64,000 bases of DNA from Macrostomum lignano (GCA_002269645.1 NIVC01002045.1:1-64000); one strand, 5' to 3'. Counted from the stretch's first letter, positions 1 to 13,152 are shown. A program made the numbers and translations. Notes: a model not told the origin generated them from the letters alone.

Positions 1-1015
1 ATTAGTTTTCGCCGAAAACAGTGATTCACTACAGAAAAGACTTCGTGCTGTGAAGTCTAGGCTGGCAGAAAAGCATGTCACCATCAACGAAATCAAATGC
101 ATCGAGGCGACTGATGAAATATCATTTCTGGATTTAAAATTTCTGCTGCTGGCATCCAACCTGATGATCGATTGGTTGAGAAAATCCGCAGCATCGCACA
201 ACCCAAAGACAAGAAGGAACAGGAACGATTCGTTGGTCTAATAAACTTCTTTGGAAGGCTAGTACCCAACTTCTCTGGAAAGATTCAGCCGCTAAATCGA
301 CTGCGCAGAGCGGACGCCAACTTTCAGTGGACAGCTGAGTGTGACCGAGCCCTCAGACAACTCAAGACGGAGATTGCCTCTCAACCCATAGTCCAGCCAT
401 ACTCATTAGAAAAGGAACTCACTCTTACCACAGTTGCCTCCAAGGGAGCGCTTGCAGGAGTGGTCACGCAAGATGGCCATCCTGTGATCTATATTTCTCA
501 TCTATATGACTCATCTAACGATTCGGCGGAAGTCTGCGAAGCCATTGATTGCGTTGCCTTCGAGCCGTCTGTCATTCCCAGGAACTGGGTTGCCGCAGAG
601 CTAGAGTTGGATGAGCTCATAAAAAAGTGATGCACCGAATTCGCTCGGGAATGGTGATGCGCGTCTTTGGTTGAAGGTAACTTTGAATGGCGGCCTCGAT
701 TGCAGAAAACTCCAATTCGTCGATCTTCTTTGGGGCCACCAGAGATGTTAGCTTTTCAAGTGCTGGCAGAAAGTTATCCGCAATTTCTCTGTTGGTGCCT
801 TCATCTTTCCATTTCTTGGCTCGAGCGAGCGCACGGAATGCTGTTAGCCACGTCAGGGCACGCTCAGGTTCTGAAAGTTCGATGCGTCAAGTGCTTGCGA
901 CGCCATTGTGATGCTCAGATGGCAACTCTAGTGCTTGACGATGACGAATAACGAAGCTCGTATCTTGCTTTGCTTGTTTATTTGGCTTTAGGACCACATT
1001 AATGATAGCGGGGCT
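1..1015 (+). mobile_element. Ty3/Gypsy LTR retrotransposon, degenerate pol remnant (RT C-terminus, connection, RNase H start)
   Basis: ORF 172-630 (KIRSIAQPKDKKEQERFVGLINFFGRLVPNFSGKIQPLNRL...FQWTAECDRALRQLKTEI..QPIVQPYSLEKELTLTTVASKGALAGVVTQDGHPVIYIS) matches the Gypsy RT-thumb/RNase H pattern. ORF 50-241 carries the upstream RT end in another frame. The protein becomes unrecognisable after about 500. Confidence 0.85.
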
Positions 1016-2016
1016 TGTAACAAGATATGAAGCTAGGACACTTATATATTAGGAAGGGATAAGGGAGGCGGCATTTTGGCGCAGCGGCCATAGACTATTG
1101 CACGAGCGTATGTCAATTAATTTGAACTTCGAATAGCTCGAATATCCCCCTCATGTTTTTCTAAGCTCATTAGCAGCCGAATCATCACCTCAGGAGACAC
1201 CCAGGAGCAACAGCCGAGTGTTCTGGCTAAAGTGCAACACTGCAACCGCGCCCTTCCAGTCTCCCGTAAACAAAACCCAAAGGCCGAACCGGGAGTTGGG
1301 TCATTAAAGGCCGCCGTACACTGCTACAGCTACAGGCTCGAAGTCCAAAGTTCCCAGCCAGTGGAAAGCAGCGCAGCCTGCTGAAGACGCCTGAACCACT
1401 TTTTATCAATCCGGGTGCACTTCGAGAAGGTCACGAGCTTCAACAACAACAGCAACAACATATATTGCCACAGCTCATGCCGAAACACAAACTACGGACA
1501 CACCGCCAACTAACAACCCCTATAACCTTAGACCCGCTAAATTACTAACACCCGTGTGGTATACAACAACAACAATAACAAAATACGCAGTTAGCGTCAT
1601 AGGGCGCGCCATAAGGCCAGGTCACGAATGAACGCCACGCCGGCCGAATCCGCGGGGCGCCGGCGTCAGCCAGCAGGCAGTCGACGAAACGCCAGTAGGG
1701 TGCCTGCAGCGTTAGCAGCAGCACCTCCTGCACCGGCTCTGGGCAGTACGACTCGGTGCGGATGATGTGGCCTGCCAGCTGGAGTCGCCGACGGCGCAAC
1801 AGGTCGTTTGGACGGACCAGGCCGGTGCGGCGATACAAAGCCGCGTTGGTCACTCGCTCGTAGCCGATCTTGAAGGCGGCGCGCAGCAGGCCAGCGTGCG
1901 CTGCGTCAACTTGTTGCTCGAGCGACTCCGTCAGCGTCCACGTCTCTGCGTTGTACAGCAGGACGGTCTCGATCACGCCGCCCTCTGGCGGTCAGGTCAC
2001 GAGCTTCAATACTACA
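1016..2016 (+). mobile_element. Probable 3' LTR of the Gypsy element, interrupted by an RTE insertion
   Basis: Purine-rich ATAGCGGGG precedes TGTAAC at 1016. Removing the TSD-flanked insertion 1444-1993 restores an end TACTACA (2010-2016), giving TG...CA termini. Confidence 0.55.
1444..1993 (-). mobile_element. 5'-truncated RTE-clade non-LTR retrotransposon (C-terminal ORF fragment)
   Basis: ORF 1545-1976 ([34 protein letters not shown]...LQLAGHIIR) is homologous to 55393-56250. (CAA)n tails are present. The 16-bp TSD AGGTCACGAGCTTCAA lies at 1428-1443 and 1994-2009. Confidence 0.85.
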
Positions 2017-3578
2017 TCAGAATCAGCCTACAGTAGGCCAGTCTCTTAGACGACAATTAACACCTGTAGTGTAAATGAAGGCATTCAGGCAATCTACTCA
2101 ACTAATGTATTGACAGTTTAGGGTTGAGATATTTCGTTTAAGAGTTAGTCTCTGCACTCTTAATGCAAGTTTCCTTGCAAAACCGAATGCACAGGTTCGT
2201 ACACAAGAGTTGCCAGAAGTTTGAAAGTAAGCAATGTCGAGATGAACTCGGTTGTTCACTATACCGAGATAGGTGGTTTTCCCACAAATTCCCTTCACAT
2301 TCTTTTCTTGCTACTTTTCAGTAGCCAATCGCTTATACATGTAGACCCGTAGCAGATAGCGCAAGATGCTTCTTACTGCAATAAAATTTAAAAGACTCTT
2401 TCAACTGTTGAAAGCCTGGGCGTCTAATGCATCAAAAAAGCGACTTGAAGAGTCGTTTGCCATATGCTGCCTCTCTCGGCAGTAAACTGAAGTTCTACAA
2501 AAACCGCTCGATATAGAATGAGACGTTCGCTGATTTCTAGTGGACAAATTTTTGTTCTTACGAGTACACTACTTAATCCTTATACGGTATTCATTAAGCA
2601 ATACAGCTGTAAAGTGTGCATATCTCCACAAAACCAACCCTCAGGTCACCAAAGTTCTGCCTGTAGCTAAAGCTGTTTTTAGATATTTAGCTGCCTACGT
2701 TCATTGTCTTATACACGCATTTTATTTAGCAGAAAGCGCAGTCTAAATGAATTGACCAGTGTTTAGATCTGACAGAACATTATTGCTTATCAAACCGAAG
2801 CACTTTTATGATTAAACAGAACTCAGATATCAGTGGATGAAAGGATCGTACGAGTATAAAACTTCAACACCGAGATTTGAGATTGGTATCTATGCTTTAA
2901 CAGTTTCAGTCATAGACAAATAGTCGCTGGGGTCAGTAGATGTCGAAAACGGCTTTAAGTTTCTGCCCCATATGGCACTCTACATGCACATGTAATACTA
3001 AGCAATTTTAATACTTTTAGATTATGCAAAACAAAAATAACCAGCTCAGAGAAGCAGTCGTATGCCTCACATTCCTCGATGTTCGTAGCTTGTCTTCTTT
3101 CCGTGTAAAGTTAAAATTTAAGTGAAGAAGTGTATATTGGCTTAGCGTTCTGTACTTCAATTTGCCATAGACATTTCAAACTGTAGAGTTCCAGTTAAAT
3201 GAATTGACGAGTTCGCAAGTTTTTAGATCAGACAGAACTTTATTACTTATCGAACTTGCTGCCCTGGCCATAGACAGTCTATTATCAAACCTTGGGATCT
3301 AACGCGGTTTTTACATTTTTATATGCAAACAAACAAGCCACGGGCTTAACTGGAAGATTTATAATTTCTAGACAATTTGAATACGCCACTGAAAATACAG
3401 CATGGATGCAGTTGCACTCAATAGCACTGCCTCTATTCAACGCTTAAGTCCACAGCAAGATGGGTAAGTCAGTTGTAACCAATATGCTAAATAAACTGCC
3501 TGTCGGTAAGCATGTGATTGATTTCAGAAAAAAACGGCTCAACCGATTTTCTTGTAACTTGTCCGATATATCAATTTT

Positions 3579-3780
3579 TATCCTTGAGCAAGACACTTAA
3601 CTCTGCATTGCTTCAGTTCACCAGCTGTAAAATGGGTGCCAGCATTAGCTGGGGCATTAAGGGTGTGTGTGGCGACCCCTCCTCCCCCGGGTCCTTGGAT
3701 TGAACGCCGTACGCAGCCTGCAGATGCGCCGCGCAATAGCTGCGGCTGAGCTTTCGGTTGCACATCTGCCCATTAGGGCA
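3579..3780 (+). mobile_element. SINE, 5'-truncated (CORE/Meta-like central domain plus 3' tail)
   Basis: CCTTGAGCAAGACACTTAACTCTGCATTGCTTCAGTTCACCAGCTGTAAAATGGG and the tail GATGCGCCGCGCAATAGCTGCGGCTGAGC are shared with 26928-27205 and 56296-56570. The tRNA head is missing. Confidence 0.7.
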
Positions 3781-4014
3781 TGTGTACTCAATTAAAATTC
3801 ATTGTTAATTTTACCAATATAAATATACTAAAAATGGATATCAATCTAACAAAGATGAAGTGGCTTGAGCCAAAACTGGTGCCACAGCAGTCTGTGAACT
3901 TGTACTCGTATTGTAGAAAATTCGTTTGGCTAATGACCAATTTAATAGTCATGAAATGGACAATTTAGAGAAAGTATTCAACTATCTTTCCCGCTTTTAT
4001 ACCAAAGGCAAAGC

Positions 4015-5368
4015 TGCGTCAATGGAGAATTCAGCCAGAAATGGAGTCTGGAGCCGAGCCTGCGTGACTCAGCCAGCTCTGAGGCAGTGCGAAGCTCTGG
4101 TGAAGTCGGGAATCAATACCAGGAACAGGCCTGCTGCATGATCTCCGGACCGTTGAAGGTTCGACTGAAGCGGCAGAAGCAGCCGACAGAGGCGGTTTCC
4201 ACAAAGCAAGCATCGGCTAAGGCTCCAGATGTGACGTCTTTGACACCAGCTCGAAACAAAGACGATCCGAAAGCCGCAGAATCCATGGTGGACAACTCGT
4301 CGCAGACTGAACCTAACAAAGCTGCTGATGAGGAGCAAGATACTGTCTTCGACTCTGTGAGGCACCTGTTTTAGTTAATAAAATTGACATCGACATTAAA
4401 ATTTTGCAGAGATTTAACATGCGCTCATTTAAAGAAAACAACGGGGGCACCGGGGGGACACAGAGGGACACAGGGGGGCACAGGGGAAGACAGGGGACAC
4501 AAGGGGATACAAGGGGATACAAGGGGACACAGGGGGAGACAGGTGACTCAAGTGGACACAAGGGGATACAGCGGGCACACGCTGAACACGCTCAAATTAG
4601 ACATTATGGGCACTCCTAGAACGGAGATGAACTGATCCGCACAATCTACAGGCCGATGCAGCTCCGCGGGGCAGCAAAGCCGCTCTGAACGGCATCGTCT
4701 GGCTGGAGACTCCGGGCAGCCTGCTGGTTCTCCGCGACGTCATCTGGCGGGGCCGTCGTTACGTCGGCGCTCTTTTGCCGGAAGAGGCGGCGCCGGTGCC
4801 TACGGCGCACAGCAAGACCGCTCGCCGCCGAAGTGGCAGACGACGCCGCCGTCAGCGCCGTCTTCAAGATCGCCAACAACGGCGGGAGTGCCAGCCTCTG
4901 GCATGCAGTCAGACACCTTTGCTACCGGAAATGGTTTCGAAGGTGCCGCTGCTCACCGAACAGTCCTGCGATGGCTCTGTTGTATATCGCATTTCCTTGA
5001 AGCGCCCGCAAAGTCAGGAAAGTTGCAGCAAAACTTCTGACCAAATCAAGATGGAAGACGGGTCCAAACAATTGAAGCTGGAAGAGAGCAGCATAGATGA
5101 GGCTAAATCGGAGCAGGTAAATCCAAAAGACGGCGCAGGCTATACGGCCGACTGCAACGAAGAAGACAAAGCAGACAACAGCAAGTCTACCTGCGCATAC
5201 AGCGACATCAGCGATGACGACGAAACCGCAGTTCCTGCCGCCCTGCCGCCGGCGCCCAGGAACGGCACTCTCGCCTTTCTTCACTATGGAATTCCACCCG
5301 AGCGTGCTAGCGCCTATGCGCGGTGCCTACTGGAACAGCAGCAACGGCTGATAGGAATGCTGCAATAA
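4015..5368 (+). CDS. Possible host gene or pseudogene, low-complexity charged protein of unknown function (open frames 4015-4374 and 4775-5368)
   Basis: GC-rich open frames in AT-rich surroundings with motifs LKVRLKR, YRISLKR and AYSDISDDDE. The two frames are separated by a minisatellite. No exon structure was established. Confidence 0.3.
4441..4575. repeat. Minisatellite, about 9-10 bp units (AGGGGACAC / AGGGGATAC)
   Basis: Direct tandem iterations are visible in the sequence. Confidence 0.85.
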
Positions 5369-6630
5369 GGTTGAAAAGAAACACTATAGCTAGATGGGCT
5401 GTTTAATTTTAAGCGTTGGAAGGTTTTCACCTCAGTTATTTGTTACACCTTAATAAACCTTGCGTTATTTGCTAGTCTATAGTGCTAGTACGTTCGTAGT
5501 GTTTGTTTTGATTCTTAAATAGAACTAATTTGTTGATGCCAGCGTCTCTAAAAATTCGGATTTTGCTACTTACAGCATGATATAGCGCTTCTTTATTGAA
5601 ACGAGGGGAAATTCACGAATATATCACTTGTATCAGTAATTAGTCAATTTCATATCACAACTGAACTGCTAAATATTATAAATATTGATGTCAACTTTGC
5701 GGTTCGAATAGTATTATTAGCAACTATTGTTGTATTATAGCACAAGCCGCAAAAACAGCTGCTCAATATAATCTATCGTACTTCTTCGATTTACAGAATA
5801 AGCAGAGAAGAATATCAGAAGACGAGTCTGTTTCGTTATGTTCATTGACTGAATTTCTGCTCACTCAATTTTTATTAAGATTTGGCCTCTTGTGAGAGGT
5901 TTTAAAGAATAGAGACCAAAGTGTGCAGGTTCTGCAAATGATCTCCATGATCCGATAAAATTTAAAGACTTGAATACCGGACACACCAGAGTATAAGGTG
6001 TCTCCATTGTACAGGACAAAAATCTGAACAATCTGTCGAAAAAGTTGCCTTCTACGTGCAAGGGATTCATTGATACATACATTTTAATAATCGGCTTTTA
6101 ACTTGTACTTTCGCACTATTTGCAAGTGTTGCGCCCTTCTAGTCCAGTAGTCCTTGGAAAAGACCGCTCAAAATGTGCCTCTAGTCAGAAAGGCATTTTC
6201 GCCTGTCTGCCCTGAGCTGAAAGCTACAAGCGTAACTGTCTGCAACCCAAGGGCCGCATGAGCTCAGCAGTGAATTCGACAGAAGGTAAGGTTACTGTTG
6301 GAAATTTGTGAAACTTGAGAGTTGGTTTCAGGGTCTCATTCGCTCTCTCTCACAAAGTAGCTATCAGCTTTACCCAGATAGTCCCGGTCTTCGATCCAAG
6401 CACACTTATTGATCGAAATTCAGAAGAGAGATTCTCTTCTTTTAAGCAGCGCTTCTTGGCGGCGAGCTTCTCAGCGAATCTTAGAATTAAAGACTATAGA
6501 CATTTCCACCCAAGATGGATTAATAAAATTATATGGTATATGGTTTTTGAATTTTGGAAAAGCCAGATAGATAGTCTTCATGCAAAACAGTTGACTACCA
6601 AAAAAGGACCAGAGTTCGCTGGTTTAATCT

Positions 6631-6643
6631 CTGATTGGCTCGC
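6631..6643 (+). promoter_or_regulatory. Inverted CCAAT box (CTGATTGGCT) upstream of receptor copy A
   Basis: Lies 250 bp before the ATG. The same decamer occurs upstream of all four copies. Confidence 0.5.
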
Positions 6644-6880
6644 GGATAGAACGCCAGATTAATAAGCCAAGACGCGTTTAGGAGTCTGCTGCTAAAATCC
6701 CCACGCAGCAGACAGAAGACCTACCAACCATGTATCAGATAGCTTCAGCAAAACCAGGCAAGCCGACATTGCTTCTAAACTGGTAAACGCTTTCAAAGTA
6801 GATTCGACCCACACAACGAGGACTAAACCATTTGCCTGGCTGCTACAAGCAACAAAGAACCAAAGAAATATTGCGACAAC

Positions 6881-9800
6881 ATGAAGCTGAGGGAGCTGTG
6901 GACGCTGCTTTTTGTGCTGCAGTTGCTGCCACAAGCGCTAACGCAGACTGTGCACGAGTCCAACTCCACCGACTTGCTGTTTGCCAAAATCTTCGACATT
7001 CGCTACTCCATGGTCAATCCGCCCAGAGTGAATGGGACATTCAATGTCACATTTGACATGGCCATAGCCCAGCTGCTGGAGCTCGTGAGTTCACCGCATC
7101 TTATTTCATAATTACAAGCAATAACCTACCTTGCAACCAACAACAGGTTAAAGTTACCAATGAAATACGAGTATAATTAGTTGGATTAGTCAGATTAGTC
7201 AGACTACTCAAGTAGAATGACGGGAAAACACGATTCTTGAGAATATTTAGGTGGCAGATTTGACCGAAAAAATACATTACAGCGATAGGAGGTTTTCATT
7301 TTTTTCAGCACAGAAATTGTTATTGCTTTTGATTGGAGGCTCAGTACTCAAGTAGTCCTTGCATCCTTTATATAGACTACTAGCAAAGTTTCAGATAAAT
7401 TTAAACTAATTCTAGCGTTTCTAAACATACACTTTCATTCTTTTATTCTTACCTTATTGAACAAATAATTTCAGAATGAAATCAAGCAAACCATCTCAAT
7501 GCTTACGTGGAGAAGAATGGTAAATAGATGAACTGATTACAGATGCTTGTTCATTTTCTAAAATGCAACTGACAAGTAAATACAATAGAAAGCTCTTGAA
7601 TTTTTCAGACCTGGTACGACACCAGACTGTCCTGGCGAAATCGAGTCTTCAACGGCAACCTGAGCTTCAACTCTGTCCAGTCAATCAAAATTCCAAATAG
7701 TCAGATCTGGAAGCCGGATTTGGTCGTGTACAATGAGTACGCTGGTTGATTGCCCTTTTCATTGCTTACTTAATCATTATTACTCTTAGAACCTGGTTCT
7801 GATATAATCGTCTATCGTCTAGCATTCCATCAGTCATATCGACTGTCGAGTAAGAACTGATTTTTTCGCTACTGAGGGCCCAGGATTTCAAGTTTCAAAC
7901 GATTGTTAAGGTCCAGAGCTTAGCGATAGACGAAATCGGGATTCGTCACTTATCAATTGTATTTCTGGGTTGACTCTAAACCTGAAGTTTTATGTATCTA
8001 TGCATCATACTTGACTCTGTAAGTGGAAAAACGCGTCACCAATCAACCCGACCTCTGCAGCGTTCGAGAAACAGAGCTCGACTGGTCCTTCTACTACGCC
8101 ACAGTTCGGTCCGACGGCTTTGTTCGACTAAACACGCCGCAGCTGATGAAGATGTCCTGCGCCATCAATGTCGAATACTTTCCGTACGATAAGCAGTCGT
8201 GCAGGATGAAGATTGGCAGCTGGACAATGGACGGCATCGAGCTGAACTTGCTGAACATCAGCTCCCATGCGGATCTGTCATCGTTGGAGGAAGACAATGA
8301 GTACTGCGTGATCGGGGCGCCTCTGAAGCGAAACGAGATCAAATACGCGTGCTGTAGTGCACCCTACCCCGACATTACGTACAGAATTTTGCTGCAGGTA
8401 ACTGATTACGCTAATAATAGATGCTGCTTGCCAACTGACAGCTATGGGTTGGGGCTTTTGAATATATATTGGTATTCCGATGGTGTTCCGATGGTGTACC
8501 GATGGTGTAACGATGGTGTGCCTATAGTGTTCCGATGGTGTACCGATGGTGTACCGATGGTGTACCGATGGTGTACCGATGGTGTACCGATGGTGTTCCG
8601 ATGGTATTCCGATGGTATTCCGATGGTGTTCCGATGGTGTACCGATGGTGTACCGATGGTGTGCCCATAGTGTTCCGATGGTGTGCCCATAGTGTTCCGA
8701 TGGTGTACCGATGGTGTACCGATGGTGTGCCCATAGTGTTCCGATGGTGTAACGATGGTGTACCGATGGTGTGCCCATAGTGTTCCGATGGTGTACTGAT
8801 AGTGTTCCGATGGTGTACCGATGGTGTACCGATGGTGTACCGATGGTGTACCGATGGTGTACCGATGAAATACTGATGGTGTACCGATGGTGTACCGCCA
8901 GGACCAAATTTTGCACATGACTGGACAGATTCATTGTGCCTTTGCCCTGGTTGGGAATGACAAAGCAGCACCAGGTTAAATAGCTCGTAGTAACTCATTC
9001 AAAGCATTGATCGTAAGCATACTTACGCAGATCATGCTCAACGTACTCTAAACAAATAGTTTCAGTCTAAACACTTCCATAGCGCATCATTCATGAATTA
9101 AGGTCATACTCATTCTAACTCTACTTTGTCCATCCTTCCCTGCTCTCCTGACAACGGGGTCCGGTTTACATGGTAATCAATTTATTCTACATGACGGAAA
9201 AGTTGGTTTTCCTGGATCGCGTGTGTCAGGCTGCACTCCGAGAACAGTCACTTAACTAGAATTCGCCGCGCAGCTGTGGTTGCATAGGAATGGAATTGAG
9301 CCAGAGAGAAGCACTAGGGGAGCGGATGAATGGCAGACGGACGAACTTCCTGCTCACGGCTCTCCCTTAGCAACACTGATCCATAATTTCCCGAGCACTC
9401 TGTTACCATGGCTGCCTATTGGCACTTGAGTTTGACCCGGAAGGATATAAACGATAGCCGCGAATAAAAGCTGTGCCGGCATTGAGGTTTGCTGCTACGC
9501 CCGCAAGCTGAAACAATTGCAAGCTGGCCGATTTATTTGGCTGCACAGAGGATATGCCTAGCAGTCCGGGAAAGACCAAAGTCGTTTGATTTCTATTCTG
9601 CAGGCTTTCCGTCAACCAAGGGGCAGGCCAATTTACTGGGGGGACTTAATTAACGCTCAAAGCAAGGAGAAACCAAGAATGACAGTGAATAGAAGTGGAA
9701 GCTGGAGGAGAACAAATGTCTTGGTTAAAATATGTTCTTGAAGATGTAGCATACTGAGAAGCCGAAAGAGCTGGAAGATAAAGGCTGTTCTATAAAAGCG

Positions 9801-11984
9801 CCCAAGCAATTGTAGGCTGGTAATACATAATTAATTAATGCCTCTGGGAACATCATTGAGCAAATTAGACGCCCACTGATGGTCCAGAGAGCCAAGCTCT
9901 CTGGCAGTTGCAACGAGACAGACTTTTTCTGTGCGGTCTAGTGCCTACGCAAACATAGGCTCCAGTGAGGTACTTTTCAGTCAAACAGATGAGTAACTGC
10001 AATATTTGATGTGTCAGTGACTGCAATTTAGTTATTGCGCGTATTCTGCCATATTAGCCGTATATGGAATTAGATACATTTCCCTAAGTGCGAGCTGGTA
10101 TGATTAAAACCTTGGAATAATTGAAGTATTCGTCAAGCGCGTCGAAGCACAGAAGTGCATTCGTTGAAACTTGACGATACATTAAAATCTTTCGGGTTTT
10201 TCCCCACAAACCGTTTCAGCGCAAGCCGCTGTACTACGAGATCAACCTCATCATGCCCTGCATCGCCATCCTCATTGTGGCCCTGTTCGGCTTCCGACTG
10301 CCGCCCGAGTCCGGCGAGCGGATCTCCTTGTGCGTCACGGTGCTGCTGGCGCTCAGCGTATTTCTGCAGCTGGCCAGCGAGCACACGCCGACTCAGAGCG
10401 ACGTTGTGCCGCTCATCTGTGAGTTTCTGTCGTGAACGTGGCGAAGGGAATGATGAGGCAAGCTCCGTGTCTCGAACTCCTAAGTTATCCTACCGCTGCC
10501 ACACCAACATACTTGTGCAAGATGCAGATACGGTAGCTCAAGCTGCTCAGCAGTAACCCCCGTTGCCTCTACTGCCTGTGCTAATTAGAGCTGGGATGGT
10601 ACAAGTTCTGTACTTGGGGTTTTATAAAGTACGATCGGCTGAAATGGCTAGCAGACCAGGCAGAAGTCATTTGGCTGCACTTCAAGGCGGGTCACATCGG
10701 ACGCAATTGTAATTTGTAATTTATAGTATACGTGTGGATTCGGGATTAAAACAAACAACTAGTGGAAAGTAGTTGAAGCAAATGAAGATGAAGTCAATTC
10801 GGTGTGAGCAGCAATTCGAAGTCGGCGTCATCCCTCACCGTGACTTAAAAGTATCCATTTGCCCTCGACGTCCGTCCAACGTCGGGTACGTTTCGTACGT
10901 CGGCCCTCTTACGTCGGGTCGGGTAAATCAAAGTCCACATTTGATTCAAGGATAGGCAGATGATCAAAGCTTTGCTATCTAACCAATCAACTATTAGCAG
11001 ACGCGTCGGTGCAGGGAGGTAAAAACCGAAACAAAAACCAAAACCAAAACCAGCAAGCCAAAGGTCTTACTTTGAATAACCAATTATGAAGCATGCTCCC
11101 AATCTCGGGTGGCTTAATTTTTTTACTCGGAAAAGTTAAAAGCAATACTACCATAGGCTGCATTGACTCATTCAATTCTATACTAAAAAATATTTATTTT
11201 TCAGCTCGCTACTTCATGGCCGCCATCGGAATGTCCTCAATGTGCGTGCTGGGCAGCATCTTGGTCCTGCTGCTGCACTTCAACGGCAAGCAGGCCAGAC
11301 CGATGGGCTCCAGAACTGAGCTGTTCTTCACTCTGCTGTGCCGCCTCATCTGCTACCCGGGCTTCGAGGAATCTGGCGCCTGCCGGGGCGGCAACCGCAG
11401 CGATAGAGTTCGCCCCGATGTCAGCAGAAAACTAAATGCAACTGTGAAGCACTGGGTTAGTTGTCAGGGAGTTAATGGGGTTTCCTAAAAAGCCTTCATA
11501 GCCTCCATGCTACCCACCAGCCTTCCCCATGTGAATCCGACAGGCCAACCCGAGCAAAAATAGCAGCGGACGAAGCACCGGCAGTCGCTCGCCTCAAAGT
11601 TCCACCACAGCCATCAACAATGACATGGAGGTCGAGGAAGTTGATATAGCTCAATACAGAGTTCGACCTGCTCCTACAGTCCAGGCCAAGGTGCCACCGA
11701 CGCTGCCTCCACCTCAGCAGCTGCCAGAGTGGGCCGCTGATGCTCTGGATCGGGTTGATGCCACATTATTTGACATTCGCTTAGCTCTGGCTCGGTCGCA
11801 GGACTCAAAACGACGTGAAAGACGCTGGGAGGACGCCGCCCAGGTCACGGACCGGCTGCTATTCTACATAGCCATCACCGGCTTCATCGGACTCAGCGTC
11901 GCGGTCTTCATGGTGCGGCCCAGCGAAGCCATCAGCGCCGCCGCCAACTGCAAGCAGCTGCGCGCCGCTACGATGGGCACCTGA
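6881..11984 (+). CDS. Nicotinic acetylcholine receptor-like alpha subunit, copy A (534 aa predicted, 7 exons, apparently intact)
   Basis: Exons 6881-7084, 7475-7519, 7609-7736, 8061-8397, 10220-10418, 11205-11455, 11544-11984, all GT-AG and phase-compatible. Signal peptide, WKPDLVVYN (loop A), Cys-loop CAINVEYFPYDKQSC, GSWTMDG (loop B), YACCSAPYPD (loop C with vicinal Cys), M1-M2 [29 protein letters not shown]3, and M4 [11 protein letters not shown]. Confidence 0.93.
8470..8896. repeat. Minisatellite of 11-bp units (GATGGTGTACC) with GATGGTGTGCCCATAGTGTTCC variants, intron 4 of copy A
   Basis: Directly visible tandem array. It explains the repetitive ORFs at 8278-8998. Confidence 0.95.
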
Positions 11985-13152
11985 CGAGGAGATGTTTGAG
12001 TCTCAGGTGACTTTCCAAAAGCATCTGAATCGCGAGTTATGAAGGCAAAGACAACAATTTCGAAGCAGCAGGTTTTTATTTAGACCTTCAGCAGTTTGCT
12101 GAAGCAGAAATTTGACAATGTTTTCCACTGAAAATGCTGGAGAGAGTTTCGGAACTACTAATATAGTTCTTTGTTAATTTGCAACTGCTTGATACATGTA
12201 CTGACTGTAAGCCTAAATTCAGTCTTAACCTGCTCGTCTTGTATGGTTTGTGCAGGGTAGCGCTACGGGCATAGATTATTTTTATTTGAACGAATAGCCT
12301 AATGGAGTACACATTTCGCAGTGCACCCCTACACGTATTTTTAATGCCGGTCAATTACTATGAGTAGTGCTTATTAAACCAAACACCCTTCTTTGACTTT
12401 ATCAATTTATGCCATCATTAATATTCCTACCAATATGCCATGCATAATCACTTTCTAGGTTAGCTGTTCTACATATTCTTACGCATGAAATGCATAAAAA
12501 TATTGTTATTATTAACAGTAATATTTTATTAATTCTTAAACACACAAAATACGTTATTTTTGAGCGATTGCAATATTATCTTACAAAGCCTTCTTTCCCC
12601 AAAAATTCGACTACAAAGAAAGTTTCAAATCGTGATGTTCATTACATATTACCTATCAAAGTGCTTAAAGCAGGAACCAAAACCAAAAGTCGGATCTGCC
12701 CTCGCTGTACAGCGAAGTCGGTGAAGCACCGCACCTGTTCGCGTGTGCGTCTCACTTCCAGTGCATGGCTCTGCTCTTTTCAGCAGATGTAAAACTTTAC
12801 AACCTGCTTCTAACATTCCGACTGTTCAACGTCTTTCTACGTCTGCCATGTGTTGAACCAGTCTCTCTGCTGGATCACTCTACTGAATAACTAATATTTC
12901 ATAGACATCCATAGTCAACTTGCTTTATTGCACTTCCTGTAAGAATTATTTTCTCTTTCTACGCTCGTAATTGGCGAATTTTAGCCATAGAAGATTGAAG
13001 TTTCCAAATCGATTTGTAGTGACTGGCTGCTAACTGGCTATTCAGCAGCATTCACTAGCTTTCTTTAAGAGCTCTGTGTTCCGCTGCACAGCAGCTCAGT
13101 CCACCTGACCTAGAGAGAGACACCCTGTGCTGGGCCTAAGTGTTTACTGCCC

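Noticed and set aside
4313-4635. Gly/Thr-rich, collagen-like ORFs
   Set aside because: They arise from the 4441-4575 minisatellite.
8278-8998. Several 80-218 aa ORFs with HHRYTIGTPS / VYRWCTDGVPM repeats
   Set aside because: These are products of the 11-bp minisatellite in intron 4 of copy A.
12490-12792. Possible piggyBac C-terminal Cys-rich remnant (HYILPI...RICPRC)
   Set aside because: Only the first CxxC is present. No TIR, TTAA or catalytic domain was found, so it is too weak to call.
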